Origin: a virus
Virus record (IMG/VR): IMGVR_UViG_3300025011_000019
Coordinates: 1-64,000 of that record
Strand: one strand, 5' to 3'
DNA length: 64,000 bases
Each line of letters opens with the position of its first letter. Position 1 is the first letter of the stretch. This document shows, in pieces, positions 30,650 through 40,777 of this stretch. Below the pieces are notes generated by a model, which saw only the letters and a list, made by a program, of their open reading frames with translations, was not told the origin of the DNA and did no database searches. The translations under genes and the position numbers were made by a program.

Positions 30650-32930
30650 TTTTAGCATTTATAAACATAAGAACTATATAATAATAAATTTTTACCAGAG
30701 GAATTATTTTTATAATCCTTGAAAGTATTGCTAGAGTAGTATTACAGGGATTTGTATGAATGAAGTGTATTATATAGTATAGCACTTTTTCCGAGTGAAT
30801 TGGTGTAATGGTTGTTAGAGTAAGGATAGAGGGATTATTTGATTTGTGTTGTTTGGTAAATTTTTATGGATTGATTTGATTTAGAATTAATTTTATTTTG
30901 AGATATTATTTTGATGTGAATTGTTAAAAATATTTTATTCAATTTTTAGATGGTCGGATATATGGTATAATTGATTCGGATGAATTTGTTAAAGTACGCC
31001 CCTCTATAGTAGAAGGGATTGTTAGAATGTGTTATAATTGGTTAGGATCAAGGATTTTAAGGTTATTTGTAGGATTAGATTTGTTAGGAATTTGTGATTA
31101 ATTTTGAATGCATAATTATGAATTTTCATTAGATTTTTTTGTTCGATGAGATTTATGATAATTATATTTTGATTTTAATATTTGGTAGAAATTTATAGAT
31201 CAAAATATGAATTAATATAAGGTTGAATCTGGTAAAGAAACTGTATGAGAGTAGGATTTATTGGTTATTTTGTATGGATTGATTTAGTGATATTTATTAA
31301 GATTATGTGAGAATTTTATATTATTTTATGAGATTAATTTACAAAATTATTTGACTTTTGAGAAGTTTTGTGATTTGGAATATGTATTTATTGGGTTGGA
31401 AATTGTTGTGATGATTATGTTTTTGCGATGTGAGAACGAAGGGGAAATTTGGATGGATTTGTCTCGAAATCGATTTCTAAAATTTCGATGTGTAAACAAG
31501 TACTCTGCACATAATGTCGAATAATGTCGAATAATAATTTGTAATCTATGCCCCACCTATGATAAAGTTGGCATGGTTTTTGAAAGTGAATGTTAGCACA
31601 GGTTTTTGCTATCAGCTTTACCTATGACAAACTGAAAATAGCATAGGCCGATTACCTGCTAATCCCTGAAACCCTTGCTATAAGCCGATTCCTGCTATTT
31701 TCTGAATGTGACACAATGGGAATGTGTCACATTGGATGAGGATTGGGCCTTATATTATGTCTCGGAATGAGTTTGAAGAGGTTAGAAGGGGAAATATGAG
31801 GCAGGAAATAGAATGGAATGATAATGGATAAAATACAGATAATGTCCTAGTATTGTATCGGCTGCAGTCGGGAATGATTTGTCGAATTGAATTGATCGGG
31901 AGAAAATGGAATGAATCGTAATGCGCTGATGATGCTGATTATACGTATATGAGTATATACGTATATACGTATAAAATATCGAGGTCTATAACATAGGCGA
32001 AATTAGTGAAGACTTAAATAAATGAGTAACCACTCATATGTACAACCATTCATATAATAAAATTGTAATTACATTGTACATACACATATAATACTTTGAA
32101 TATCAAACTATATTAGTCTCAAAATATTCTATATTCAAACTAATATCACATAACCCATAATCCTATCATACTACCATACAATACAGTCACTTGACTACAT
32201 TACACGTTCAATATAATCATAATCATATTATCCCATCACATTAACCACATTATATGATCATTATGATCACATATCACCTATACTATCATAATCCAAACTA
32301 ATATCAACCATTTCACTAAACTATAATCCACACCAAATTACTATGCTTTAATACCTACTATATTACTTGGTATTTATATCCTATCATTCTACTATACATT
32401 AATACCAACTAATTAACTATGCTATATATATCCATATCATTTCACTACACTATAATAAATTAGTACACAACATAAATATATAACCTGTTATATATCACTA
32501 TACCCTCAAGGGGTATACTCTAACCTCAAAACTACCATACCCACGTAGGGTATAAAATTCCACATCTCGTAATACCCCTAAAATAAAATTCTACACACTA
32601 ACATATACCTCTAAACCTCAAACCGCTTAAACGCCCCTTTCTGTCGCTCTAATCTTATAATTTTATTTCTTGCTTCAACGCATTATATCAACTCTTATTT
32701 TACATTGGCATAAGTTTTGCTAGTATAATACAGTAATACATAAACCATATCTGTATTAATACACAGTCTTCATATCCTACGATCATATCATAATCAAACC
32801 AACAACATACAATTATAAATACTCATAGTAAATATCCTAAAATCCCTACAAATTCATAACTATAAAAATAAATTTTATTGCAAATGGTTTTCCCTATTGT
32901 TTTTGTGATATAATAATATAGGAAATCAAT
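30650..32930. other. Large non-coding divergent control/terminus region
   Basis: No credible ORF; transcription direction switches here; palindromes; G-rich then C-rich composition. Confidence 0.7.
32706..32721 (+). promoter_or_regulatory. Sigma-54-type -24/-12 element
   Basis: TGGCAT-AAGTT-TTGCT. Confidence 0.4.
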
Positions 32931-32951
32931 TAATTAAAAGGAGTGCTAACA

Positions 32952-33278
32952 ATGATTAAAGCAACGAAAGCAACTAAAAAAAGATTAACTACTGAAGACT
33001 TTACACCTTATGTTCGCCTTTCAACTCTCATAGAATCAATAATCAAAGAAGCAGAACGAGTTGAAAGACATGGAGAAGAGACAGACTTTAGAGCTTGCTA
33101 TACAGATAGAGGATTATTTTACAAATGTTATGAAGACGAAAAACCATTATTTAGAGGATTTGAAAGTAGATACCCTGAATTAATTGAAACAACATTAACA
33201 CATGGTTTAAACCAAATTAAAATACCAGATGTGAATAAATTTGTTAAAGTTATGTTGCAAAGAAAATTTGAAGACTAG
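32952..33278 (+). CDS. Hypothetical early protein
   Basis: AAAGGAG SD; terminator overlaps the stop codon. Confidence 0.75.
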   Translation: MIKATKATKKRLTTEDFTPYVRLSTLIESIIKEAERVERHGEETDFRACYTDRGLFYKCYEDEKPLFRGFESRYPELIETTLTHGLNQIKIPDVNKFVKVMLQRKFED

Positions 33279-33322
33279 AGATAGTCTTCTTTTTTGACCA
33301 TAAACCCCAAAATAAAATTATC

Positions 33323-33350
33323 TTGACATTCTCCCAAATTTATTTATAAT
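33323..33350 (+). promoter_or_regulatory. Sigma-A promoter
   Basis: TTGACA-16-TATAAT with A-rich UP element. Confidence 0.75.
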
Positions 33351-33440
33351 TATATTTATACCTCAACTAAATCAATTACATAAAAAATCCTAAACCCAAT
33401 TCCCTAAACCAAACCAAAAATAAAAGGAGCGTGTACCCAA

Positions 33441-33947
33441 ATGAACAAATTTAAATTTTTCTCAACCTGCAAAACCATCCAGGAGCTAAAAACTACATTC
33501 CGCGAACTCGTAAAACTCCATCATCCAGACAAACCGACCGGAAACCTCGAAACAATGAAATCCCTAAACATAGAGTATGAATTAGCATTCGAATACATCA
33601 AAAACAATCCAATTAACGACACTGAGAAAAAATCCTCTTTCTATGCAAATGTAAACGATGGATTCCGCGAAACCTTAGAAAAAATTATCTTCATTCCTGA
33701 AATTTTTATAGAAATATGTGGCTCCTGGATTTGGGTCAATGGTGAGACAAAAGCAGTAAAACATCTACTAAAAGATGCTGGTCTATGGTATGCAACAAAC
33801 AAAAAAGCATGGTATTTTAAACCTGCTGATTATAAGGCCAAAAAGCATAAGGCATTTAGCATGGAAGATATTCGCGGTAAATATGGTTCAGAAACAGTCG
33901 AGAAGAAGGAAAGAGTAAAGGTAGAAAATCCAATGGCAGCAAAATAA
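33441..33947 (+). CDS. J-domain (DnaJ-like) protein
   Basis: FRELVKLHHPDK; C-terminal GSWIWV..G.T...WYF domain. Confidence 0.85.
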   Translation: MNKFKFFSTCKTIQELKTTFRELVKLHHPDKPTGNLETMKSLNIEYELAFEYIKNNPINDTEKKSSFYANVNDGFRETLEKIIFIPEIFIEICGSWIWVNGETKAVKHLLKDAGLWYATNKKAWYFKPADYKAKKHKAFSMEDIRGKYGSETVEKKERVKVENPMAAK

Positions 33948-34172
33948 AATTGTTAAATAAAATGAGGCTTAAACAGTCTCATTTTTCTTTTTTATGTGCT
34001 AACATTTTGCTCTTATCTATTTTGTGCTACCTGGTAAACATTTTTGTATTAATTCTAAATAATTAACCATTAATAAAACCTTAAAATAATTTTCCAAAAT
34101 CTATAGACATTCGCTTAAAAATATATATAATAATAAGTAAGAAGTTGTTCAAATTTGAAAGGAGTTTTTAAA

Positions 34173-34550
34173 ATGGCAAGTATTAAAACTGCTAAAATTG
34201 GAGATATGCTACAAGTTCCTTCGATCTTATTATTCCCTCAAAGGACTGGAAAATTTAATAGACATGGTTATTCTATAGGTAAAGTAATCAATGTTTTTAA
34301 ACATTCTGAAACAGGCGAAACGGTTGTAGAGGTCGAATATTTAGAAGCATTCCGCTACAAAAGCGATTTCCCTTTACAAGTAAAAAAATTCTTTGTTGGA
34401 AATTGTATGAAATTTAAACTGGAACCATGTACTTTATCTGATAAAGATGCAGAATTATATATCTCAAAAGCTGGATATAAACGCATAAATGGAAATGTAT
34501 ATGATCTTTATCAATCGGCATGTATTGATACATTTAATTTAGAAGTATAA
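34173..34550 (+). CDS. Hypothetical early protein
   Basis: Own promoter, SD and terminator (34550-34573). Confidence 0.7.
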   Translation: MASIKTAKIGDMLQVPSILLFPQRTGKFNRHGYSIGKVINVFKHSETGETVVEVEYLEAFRYKSDFPLQVKKFFVGNCMKFKLEPCTLSDKDAELYISKAGYKRINGNVYDLYQSACIDTFNLEV

Positions 34551-34681
34551 AAGGAAGGGAAACCTTCCTTTTTCTCTATTTCTAAAAATGCTCTCTAGTG
34601 ACCTCTGACATCATTCCATAACCCTTTATATCAATACTATCTTATCCAATCATCTTGCAAATACAAATATAAAATATTTTC

Positions 34682-34709
34682 TTGACATTGGCCTAAATAA
34701 GCGTATAAT
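34682..34709 (+). promoter_or_regulatory. Sigma-A promoter
   Basis: TTGACA-16-TATAAT. Confidence 0.75.
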
Positions 34710-34716
34710 AGTAAAT

Positions 34717-34894
34717 GTAGAGATAAGAGGAAAAAGCACATAGGGCATATGTTGAGGAAATGACTTGTTAATCAAGTGTATAAGACCTCACTAGTTCGGG
34801 AGGCTGGAAGGCCTATAATCCTCACTATTGGTTGAGGGAACAAAGATAACCCGGAACCCCTACAACTTGATAGAACTATCTACTTATCTCTATA
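34717..34894 (+). ncRNA. Structured 5' leader or sRNA candidate
   Basis: Closed by GTAGAGATAAG / CTTATCTCTAT; internal GC-rich hairpins. Confidence 0.5.
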
Positions 34895-34920
34895 CTAAAT
34901 CTTAAAAGGAGTTTTGACTA

Positions 34921-35130
34921 ATGAGAATAGTGCAAAGTCAAACTGAAGGTAATTGCACAAAAATTATGATTATTACTTATAATGAAGGTGTTTCAATTTT
35001 TATAACTGGTGCATATGTAACCAGTGAAGGAAAACCAAATGCACTAAATCAATGCTTTGGAGTAAGAAGTTTTTCAAAATTTGAAGAGGCAGAGGAAAGA
35101 TTAAATTCTAGTTGTAAAAATTGGGGTTAA
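34921..35130 (+). CDS. Hypothetical protein
   Basis: AAAGGAG SD. Confidence 0.65.
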   Translation: MRIVQSQTEGNCTKIMIITYNEGVSIFITGAYVTSEGKPNALNQCFGVRSFSKFEEAEERLNSSCKNWG

Positions 35131-35146
35131 TTGGAGGTTTTAATTA

Positions 35147-35371
35147 ATGAAAAAAGGCCAAAAATTCTGGTATTATGGTGAATTAGTTACTTATACTTAC
35201 TATAGCATAAAATACAATTCCCATCATTTTAGCAATTCGGTTTGCAAAGATAATCAAATTTCTGTCATTGGTACAAAAGACTATCATAATTTTTCTGAAG
35301 TCCTTGCTAATCAGGAATATCATAAAAGTTATAAAATTCCTGAAATCAATGAAAATGAAGTATTATTTTAA
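35147..35371 (+). CDS. Hypothetical protein
   Basis: GGAGG SD. Confidence 0.65.
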   Translation: MKKGQKFWYYGELVTYTYYSIKYNSHHFSNSVCKDNQISVIGTKDYHNFSEVLANQEYHKSYKIPEINENEVLF

Positions 35372-35862
35372 AGACTCGATTCCCTCCTATTACATATGTA
35401 GAAGCAGCAAAATAAACACAAACCACAAAATAAATTCTCTAAGAGGCTCTAACGAGTCTCTTTTCTATTCCCCTTATAATCCTTCACCTATCCACAAAAA
35501 CCTTCTTACAATCAATCCTAGCGCATATCACAGCAATATAAACCACATTCCGCTACAATCTCAAATCCTATAATCCTAATAATTATCAACCATCCTTATC
35601 AATCCCATATTCCCGATCACAACAAAAACAAACCCTAAAATAAATATTGACATATCATATTCAATCATGCTATAATTAATTTTACCCAATTATACAAAAT
35701 AAATTTCTAAGGAAAGGAGTTGAGCGAACTATACTAATTATTAATTTTATTAATTTTGCTATTACTATCTATAGATCCGGCTATACATAATAATCTAATC
35801 AATTATCCGTCCTTAATCTTTAGTCAATTATAAAAATAAAATAATGAAAGAGGTAAAACAAA

Positions 35863-36168
35863 ATGAATGAATTTGATCTATTTGATTTTATGTACAATCC
35901 TTATGGCCCTAATGGACTGGAAGAAGAGCAGGAACCTCAAGTATTAAACCTTAAATACATCCTAGAATACTGTAATGAATATTCCTTAGAGTCAGCACCA
36001 GAGACAATATATCATGAATGGATACAATTATTAGAAAGTCAGCATCTATTTGTTTGTGAAATGATACTAGAGCCTTATATGAGGGTAATCGAGAGAAACA
36101 CTGGTAAAATAGTAATGGAACATAATGAACAAAGACAAAATATAAATATAGAAGAAGAAGAAAAATAG
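35863..36168 (+). CDS. Acidic hypothetical protein
   Basis: AGAGGT SD; promoter at 35647-35676. Confidence 0.7.
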   Translation: MNEFDLFDFMYNPYGPNGLEEEQEPQVLNLKYILEYCNEYSLESAPETIYHEWIQLLESQHLFVCEMILEPYMRVIERNTGKIVMEHNEQRQNINIEEEEK

Positions 36169-36169
36169 A

Positions 36170-37180
36170 ATGAATATATCTAAACTATATTTAGGATTAA
36201 CAATAAAAAATTACAAGGAATTATGTATTTTCTTAGAAATACCAGTCAAAGGAGGCAACGGCAAACAAATACAATTAAACGAATTATCTAGATATTGTAA
36301 TTTTACTAAAGAAGGTAAAAAATTTACTTTTAATGAGATATATGAGGAACCACTAGAAAAAATAGATTTAAGATCAGAGGGTAATAATTCTAAATATGTA
36401 GAACATATTCAAGCTCAATTATTACATACACTATCTAAGGCTGAAGGGCATAAATATACTATTACTAAAAATAATTTATTTGAATCTCTTGGAATGGTTA
36501 ACGCTCAATACTTAGATAAAGCACTAGTAATAAAATTCTTGTCTAAAAAGGATAGTAGATTTACAAAATTCAATATTAATCACTTATATTTAAGAACCAA
36601 TGATAGATTGACTAGAATCCTATTTGATTCTTTAAATAGTTTAAAAAGAAGATGTCTAATTGACTATAATGAATTACATATAATAGTTAAAATAGATGAT
36701 GAAGGAAAAGAGCATCATCTAAGGGCCAATGATGATGAAAAAACTTTAATTATGAGTATTAAATATAATGTATTGCAAGACATGAAACTTAATACTATCA
36801 CTCAGGTTATGTTTAAATTTAAGACTGAAGAATTTTACAAAAGAGTTAATAAGAAACTAAAAGAATATGGTATAGATTACGCATATAAGCAAATAGAGTT
36901 ATTATTTGAACAAGAAGATGTATTACACGAACTTAATAAGATTGAATTACAGCAACATAAAAAGAATTTAAATGATAAAGTAATCGAAACAATGACTATA
37001 AATACAAGAGATACCTTTTACAATAATGAAAAAGAATACAATGAAGGGTTAATGGATTTCTTACTTAATGAAAGACCAATGATAGGGAGATATAATGAAA
37101 TGAAGTTTACAGGATTTAAACATAATTCAGACTATATTGATATACAATTAGAATTAATTGAATATATATTAAGAATTTAA
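36170..37180 (+). CDS. Putative replication-initiator-like / DNA-binding protein
   Basis: KNYKELC..L......GN.K..QL..L.RY N-terminus; followed by an inverted-repeat region; function is inference. Confidence 0.45.
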   Translation: MNISKLYLGLTIKNYKELCIFLEIPVKGGNGKQIQLNELSRYCNFTKEGKKFTFNEIYEEPLEKIDLRSEGNNSKYVEHIQAQLLHTLSKAEGHKYTITKNNLFESLGMVNAQYLDKALVIKFLSKKDSRFTKFNINHLYLRTNDRLTRILFDSLNSLKRRCLIDYNELHIIVKIDDEGKEHHLRANDDEKTLIMSIKYNVLQDMKLNTITQVMFKFKTEEFYKRVNKKLKEYGIDYAYKQIELLFEQEDVLHELNKIELQQHKKNLNDKVIETMTINTRDTFYNNEKEYNEGLMDFLLNERPMIGRYNEMKFTGFKHNSDYIDIQLELIEYILRI

Positions 37181-37531
37181 TAAATTAAAATTTAGTTGAC
37201 AGTTTATAAATCATAAATATAATATAGCATGGTGACAAATGTTATAGTTCTTTATACTACGACTTTTAAACTGTCAACTAATTTCTTTTTCTCTATTTGT
37301 CTTTTTAAAAGTGCCAACTTTTCTCTAATCCTTAAATTTATACGGTGACTTAGGAACGCAAGCATAATTTCCGGCAAGTGTGCGGAAATTCTGGTATATA
37401 CTTCTAATAATTTTTTTCTTATAATCTTAAATCTATAAACACTAATATAAATTATTCTATAGACATTGCTCTCCTATTTTGTTATACTATCAATATTAAA
37501 CATACCCAAATCAATAAAAGGAGGTTTCCCA

Positions 37532-37981
37532 ATGGCAAAGCGTAGAACTAAACAAGACATGCAAAAAGCAGCAAATACATGTCGCTTATTTCTCTTATCC
37601 GACAATAATCCCCATACTGCATACGAGCAATACATAAAAGACCATATGCTTTCTGGTCAACCAATGCCTTATTATATCCAAGGAATCAAAGACTTTATTA
37701 CAGCATCAAAACTCTTGGAATCTGATATCCTGGCAATCAAAAAAGAAAAAGAACGCTCAGAGAATCAATTAGCAGAAAAACAATCTGATATGGAATTGAT
37801 CAAATCATTAGACGTTAAGTTAGTAATGCAAGCTTATAAAACATCATCGGGCAATGCTAAACTAGAATTATGCAATTTAGCAAATATGGTACACGCTAAA
37901 GACTTTACCGGAATTACGCAATCAGAAATCTACACTGCAAAGGAATTCCAATTAATTAAAGAAAGTAGGTACACCTCATGA
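37532..37981 (+). CDS. Hypothetical protein
   Basis: AAGGAGG SD; TAGACA-17-TATACT promoter. Confidence 0.7.
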   Translation: MAKRRTKQDMQKAANTCRLFLLSDNNPHTAYEQYIKDHMLSGQPMPYYIQGIKDFITASKLLESDILAIKKEKERSENQLAEKQSDMELIKSLDVKLVMQAYKTSSGNAKLELCNLANMVHAKDFTGITQSEIYTAKEFQLIKESRYTS

Positions 37982-38295
37982 AAAAACTAATATCTATCTT
38001 AACAATTTCCCTCACTCTCCTAACATCCTCTATCCTAACAACTTCAGCAAATCCCACAATACAACCTGGCTCTGACACCTCATACACAATGATAGCACTG
38101 GCCACACAATCTATCTACAATCCACCAAATTCTTGTTACCATACAACTATTCAAAATGAAAATGGCGATGCCTTTATAATCCTCACAACAGACAATGTTA
38201 CAAACAAATGGTTTGAATGCTCAGTTGACAGTAATAATACACCGGAAAATATAAAAGATGATAAAATAATTGATCTTGGATTGCTAGAGGAATAA
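37978..38295 (+). CDS. Secreted hypothetical protein
   Basis: MKK + hydrophobic signal peptide; DSNNTPENIKDDKII. Confidence 0.7.
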   Translation: MKKLISILTISLTLLTSSILTTSANPTIQPGSDTSYTMIALATQSIYNPPNSCYHTTIQNENGDAFIILTTDNVTNKWFECSVDSNNTPENIKDDKIIDLGLLEE

Positions 38296-38410
38296 ATCTT
38301 AAAATAAAATTATCTACTACCAAAACTATTCAACCTATGCTATAATGTTGGCATAGGTTTTTTATTGTAATTAATTCAAATCTAAAATATTAGAAAGAAG
38401 GTAAATACAT

Positions 38411-38959
38411 ATGATCAAATTAACCGAACTCAAACGCATGATAAAAGCCAATAACTTGAACCCTTGTTTTTATGCTGAAGGATTAAATAATGTCATTTTC
38501 AACTATAAGCAACAACTTACTATTATTTTAAAGCAAATTGACCAACCAAAACTATTTGCTTATTTACAATCAACTAATTATGTCTCTGCTGATCTAAAAT
38601 TCACTCCTTATAATCTAGATATGGATCTTAAAAATAAATTTGAGAGAATCACAGCTAACAAACTGGAGCATACACAAATGTTAGTGGACACCGGAATACA
38701 ATTCCACAAAAAAGGAAAATGGAAAGACGAAGAGAAAATTCTTTACAAAGTATTCAAAACTGAAAAAGGATTAATGAAGATCAAAGATGAATACCTTTGT
38801 ATACTTAATCAAGATGTTAAAAAAGGAGTTATGCTAAAAACAAATGAAGCGCATAGCATGGTATTTATATATAATAATACATTTGACATTATCGGCGTTT
38901 GCGTGGGAGAAAAATTCGAAATGAGCGAACTAACAGAATATACACAATGGGGATCTTAA
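38411..38959 (+). CDS. Hypothetical protein
   Basis: SD and downstream terminator. Confidence 0.7.
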   Translation: MIKLTELKRMIKANNLNPCFYAEGLNNVIFNYKQQLTIILKQIDQPKLFAYLQSTNYVSADLKFTPYNLDMDLKNKFERITANKLEHTQMLVDTGIQFHKKGKWKDEEKILYKVFKTEKGLMKIKDEYLCILNQDVKKGVMLKTNEAHSMVFIYNNTFDIIGVCVGEKFEMSELTEYTQWGS

Positions 38960-39446
38960 GGAGCTTTACAGCTTCTTTTTTCTTTGCCTTAATACTAATT
39001 CCCTCTATCCATAATCCAACCTCTTAAAACCCTATCCACGGGCCTTAAAAACTAAAATAAAATAGTTTGACATTGCGCTATCTATCTATTATAATCTTAA
39101 TTAATAGATCAAATATAAATTATTAGTACCGGAAACAATAGAAGAAGCAGAAATATGGATAAAAAATTATCAAAGAATCAGAACTCAAATTTGGGAATAT
39201 AATCAAACTCAATTAGATAATTACAAGGACTGAATAAGTCCTTTTCTTTTTGTCTCACAATCCCTCCATACCTTCCACGATGCCTTGTAAGCTCTCAGAT
39301 ATCCTACACTAATACAAATATACCACTAAATCATCAATAAGGCCACAAACAATGCTAAAATAATATTTATGTTTTGCTATTGTAATTGCGCTAGAAATAG
39401 ATTAATATATAAATATCAGATTAATTAAATAAAAGGAGTGCTTCAA

Positions 39447-39653
39447 ATGGCAAACTACAAAGCAATCTTATTAAATGATCAAGGCGCATGTCTGGCTGAA
39501 AGAAATTGTGATACAGTCGAGGAAATCAGAAATCTACTAAATGAGTATTCAGACCCAGAAAATATTGACTTAAGAGTGTTAGAAGATCATGAAGAAGTAG
39601 AAATAGGATGGTACATAGATAATGGATTTATGGAAGATTATGAAGAGAATTAG
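39447..39653 (+). CDS. Small acidic protein
   Basis: Cassette with promoter, SD and terminator. Confidence 0.7.
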   Translation: MANYKAILLNDQGACLAERNCDTVEEIRNLLNEYSDPENIDLRVLEDHEEVEIGWYIDNGFMEDYEEN

Positions 39654-39820
39654 GAGCCAGTAATGGTTCCTTTTCTTTTTGTCTAAATACTTTCAAACTC
39701 TTGATTTATGGGATATAGTAAAGTGTAAAATAATTATTTTTAAAAACATTAAAAATCTATTGCATTAATCTTAAAAATGATTATAATTATATTATAAGGT
39801 AAATAAAAGGAGTGCTGAAG

Positions 39821-40075
39821 ATGAGTAAAAAGTCGCGGTCAGTCGATACACAAACCCTTACTAAAATTAAAAAAGATGCTGAGAAAGTCAGAAAAATACA
39901 TGAGAAAATGGAAAAAATGGTTCAAGAACTAAAGGAAATTCACGAAGAGAATAATTGGTTAAATTACTTAAACAGTGCTAACGTGGAATTAACCGAGCAA
40001 GAAACTGGAGAATTTTATGAAGCATCAGACATTATAAATAGAGCAGAAAAAGTAATTATAAGAAAAGGCCAGTAA
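39821..40075 (+). CDS. Small coiled-coil protein
   Basis: Cassette with promoter, SD and terminator. Confidence 0.7.
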   Translation: MSKKSRSVDTQTLTKIKKDAEKVRKIHEKMEKMVQELKEIHEENNWLNYLNSANVELTEQETGEFYEASDIINRAEKVIIRKGQ

Positions 40076-40161
40076 TGGTCTTTTCTTTATTCTTTTTGTT
40101 TGACCTTATAATATATCCTATGATAAAATAGAGTATAAATAATTTTAGAAAGGGTGATGAT

Positions 40162-40320
40162 ATGATTAAAATTGAAATCGAAGAATCTCCTGAATATTCG
40201 CGCTGCACTTCATGTTTTGCAAAAGAGAATCTTAAAAACTTAATTATTGGATCAATACAGGTAACTTTATGCAAAACATGTCAAAATAAAATTATAAATA
40301 TTTTAAAAGATGCTGAATAA
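40162..40320 (+). CDS. 52-aa zinc-finger protein (not in the ORF track)
   Basis: MIKIEIEESPEYSRCTSC...LCKTC; promoter, SD, terminator. Confidence 0.7.
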   Translation: MIKIEIEESPEYSRCTSCFAKENLKNLIIGSIQVTLCKTCQNKIINILKDAE

Positions 40321-40432
40321 AGCATCTTTTTCTTTTCAATTTCTCAAACCAAATGCCCATTTTATTTGACATATCTAATAATATCTATACACTGTTAATT
40401 AATCATATAATAAATTTGAAAGGAGCGATAAA

Positions 40433-40665
40433 ATGAATATCAAAAAGAAGCATATTAATAAATTTATCAAATTAGCTAATGAATTGGATACGCTAATTAA
40501 AGAAATTAAAGAGTATTGCCCGGAAGCTCAATATTATGTGTCTGTAGAAACATTAAACCTAATGAACGGAGAAACGCACGATGACAAACATTTTCAGCAT
40601 TCATTGAGAGAGAAAATATAGTGAAAAGTGTTGCTGTAAAAACATTGAGTGATGGAGACTGGTAA
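40433..40665 (+). pseudogene. Small phage gene with probable frameshift in a GA run
   Basis: Frame stops at 40621, but an alternate frame continues ENIVKSVAVKTLSDGDW* to 40665, just before the terminator. Confidence 0.55.
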
Positions 40666-40777
40666 AATCAATAATTTTAAAATAAGAGTACAAAAAGACA
40701 TAAATAATTATTGTACTCTTATTTGTTTTGTGTTAAAATATAAATATCAGATACATATTAAAAAGGAGGTTTTCCAA

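Noticed and set aside
31347-31556. 69-aa ORF in the central spacer
   Set aside because: No SD and lies in a compositionally biased non-coding region
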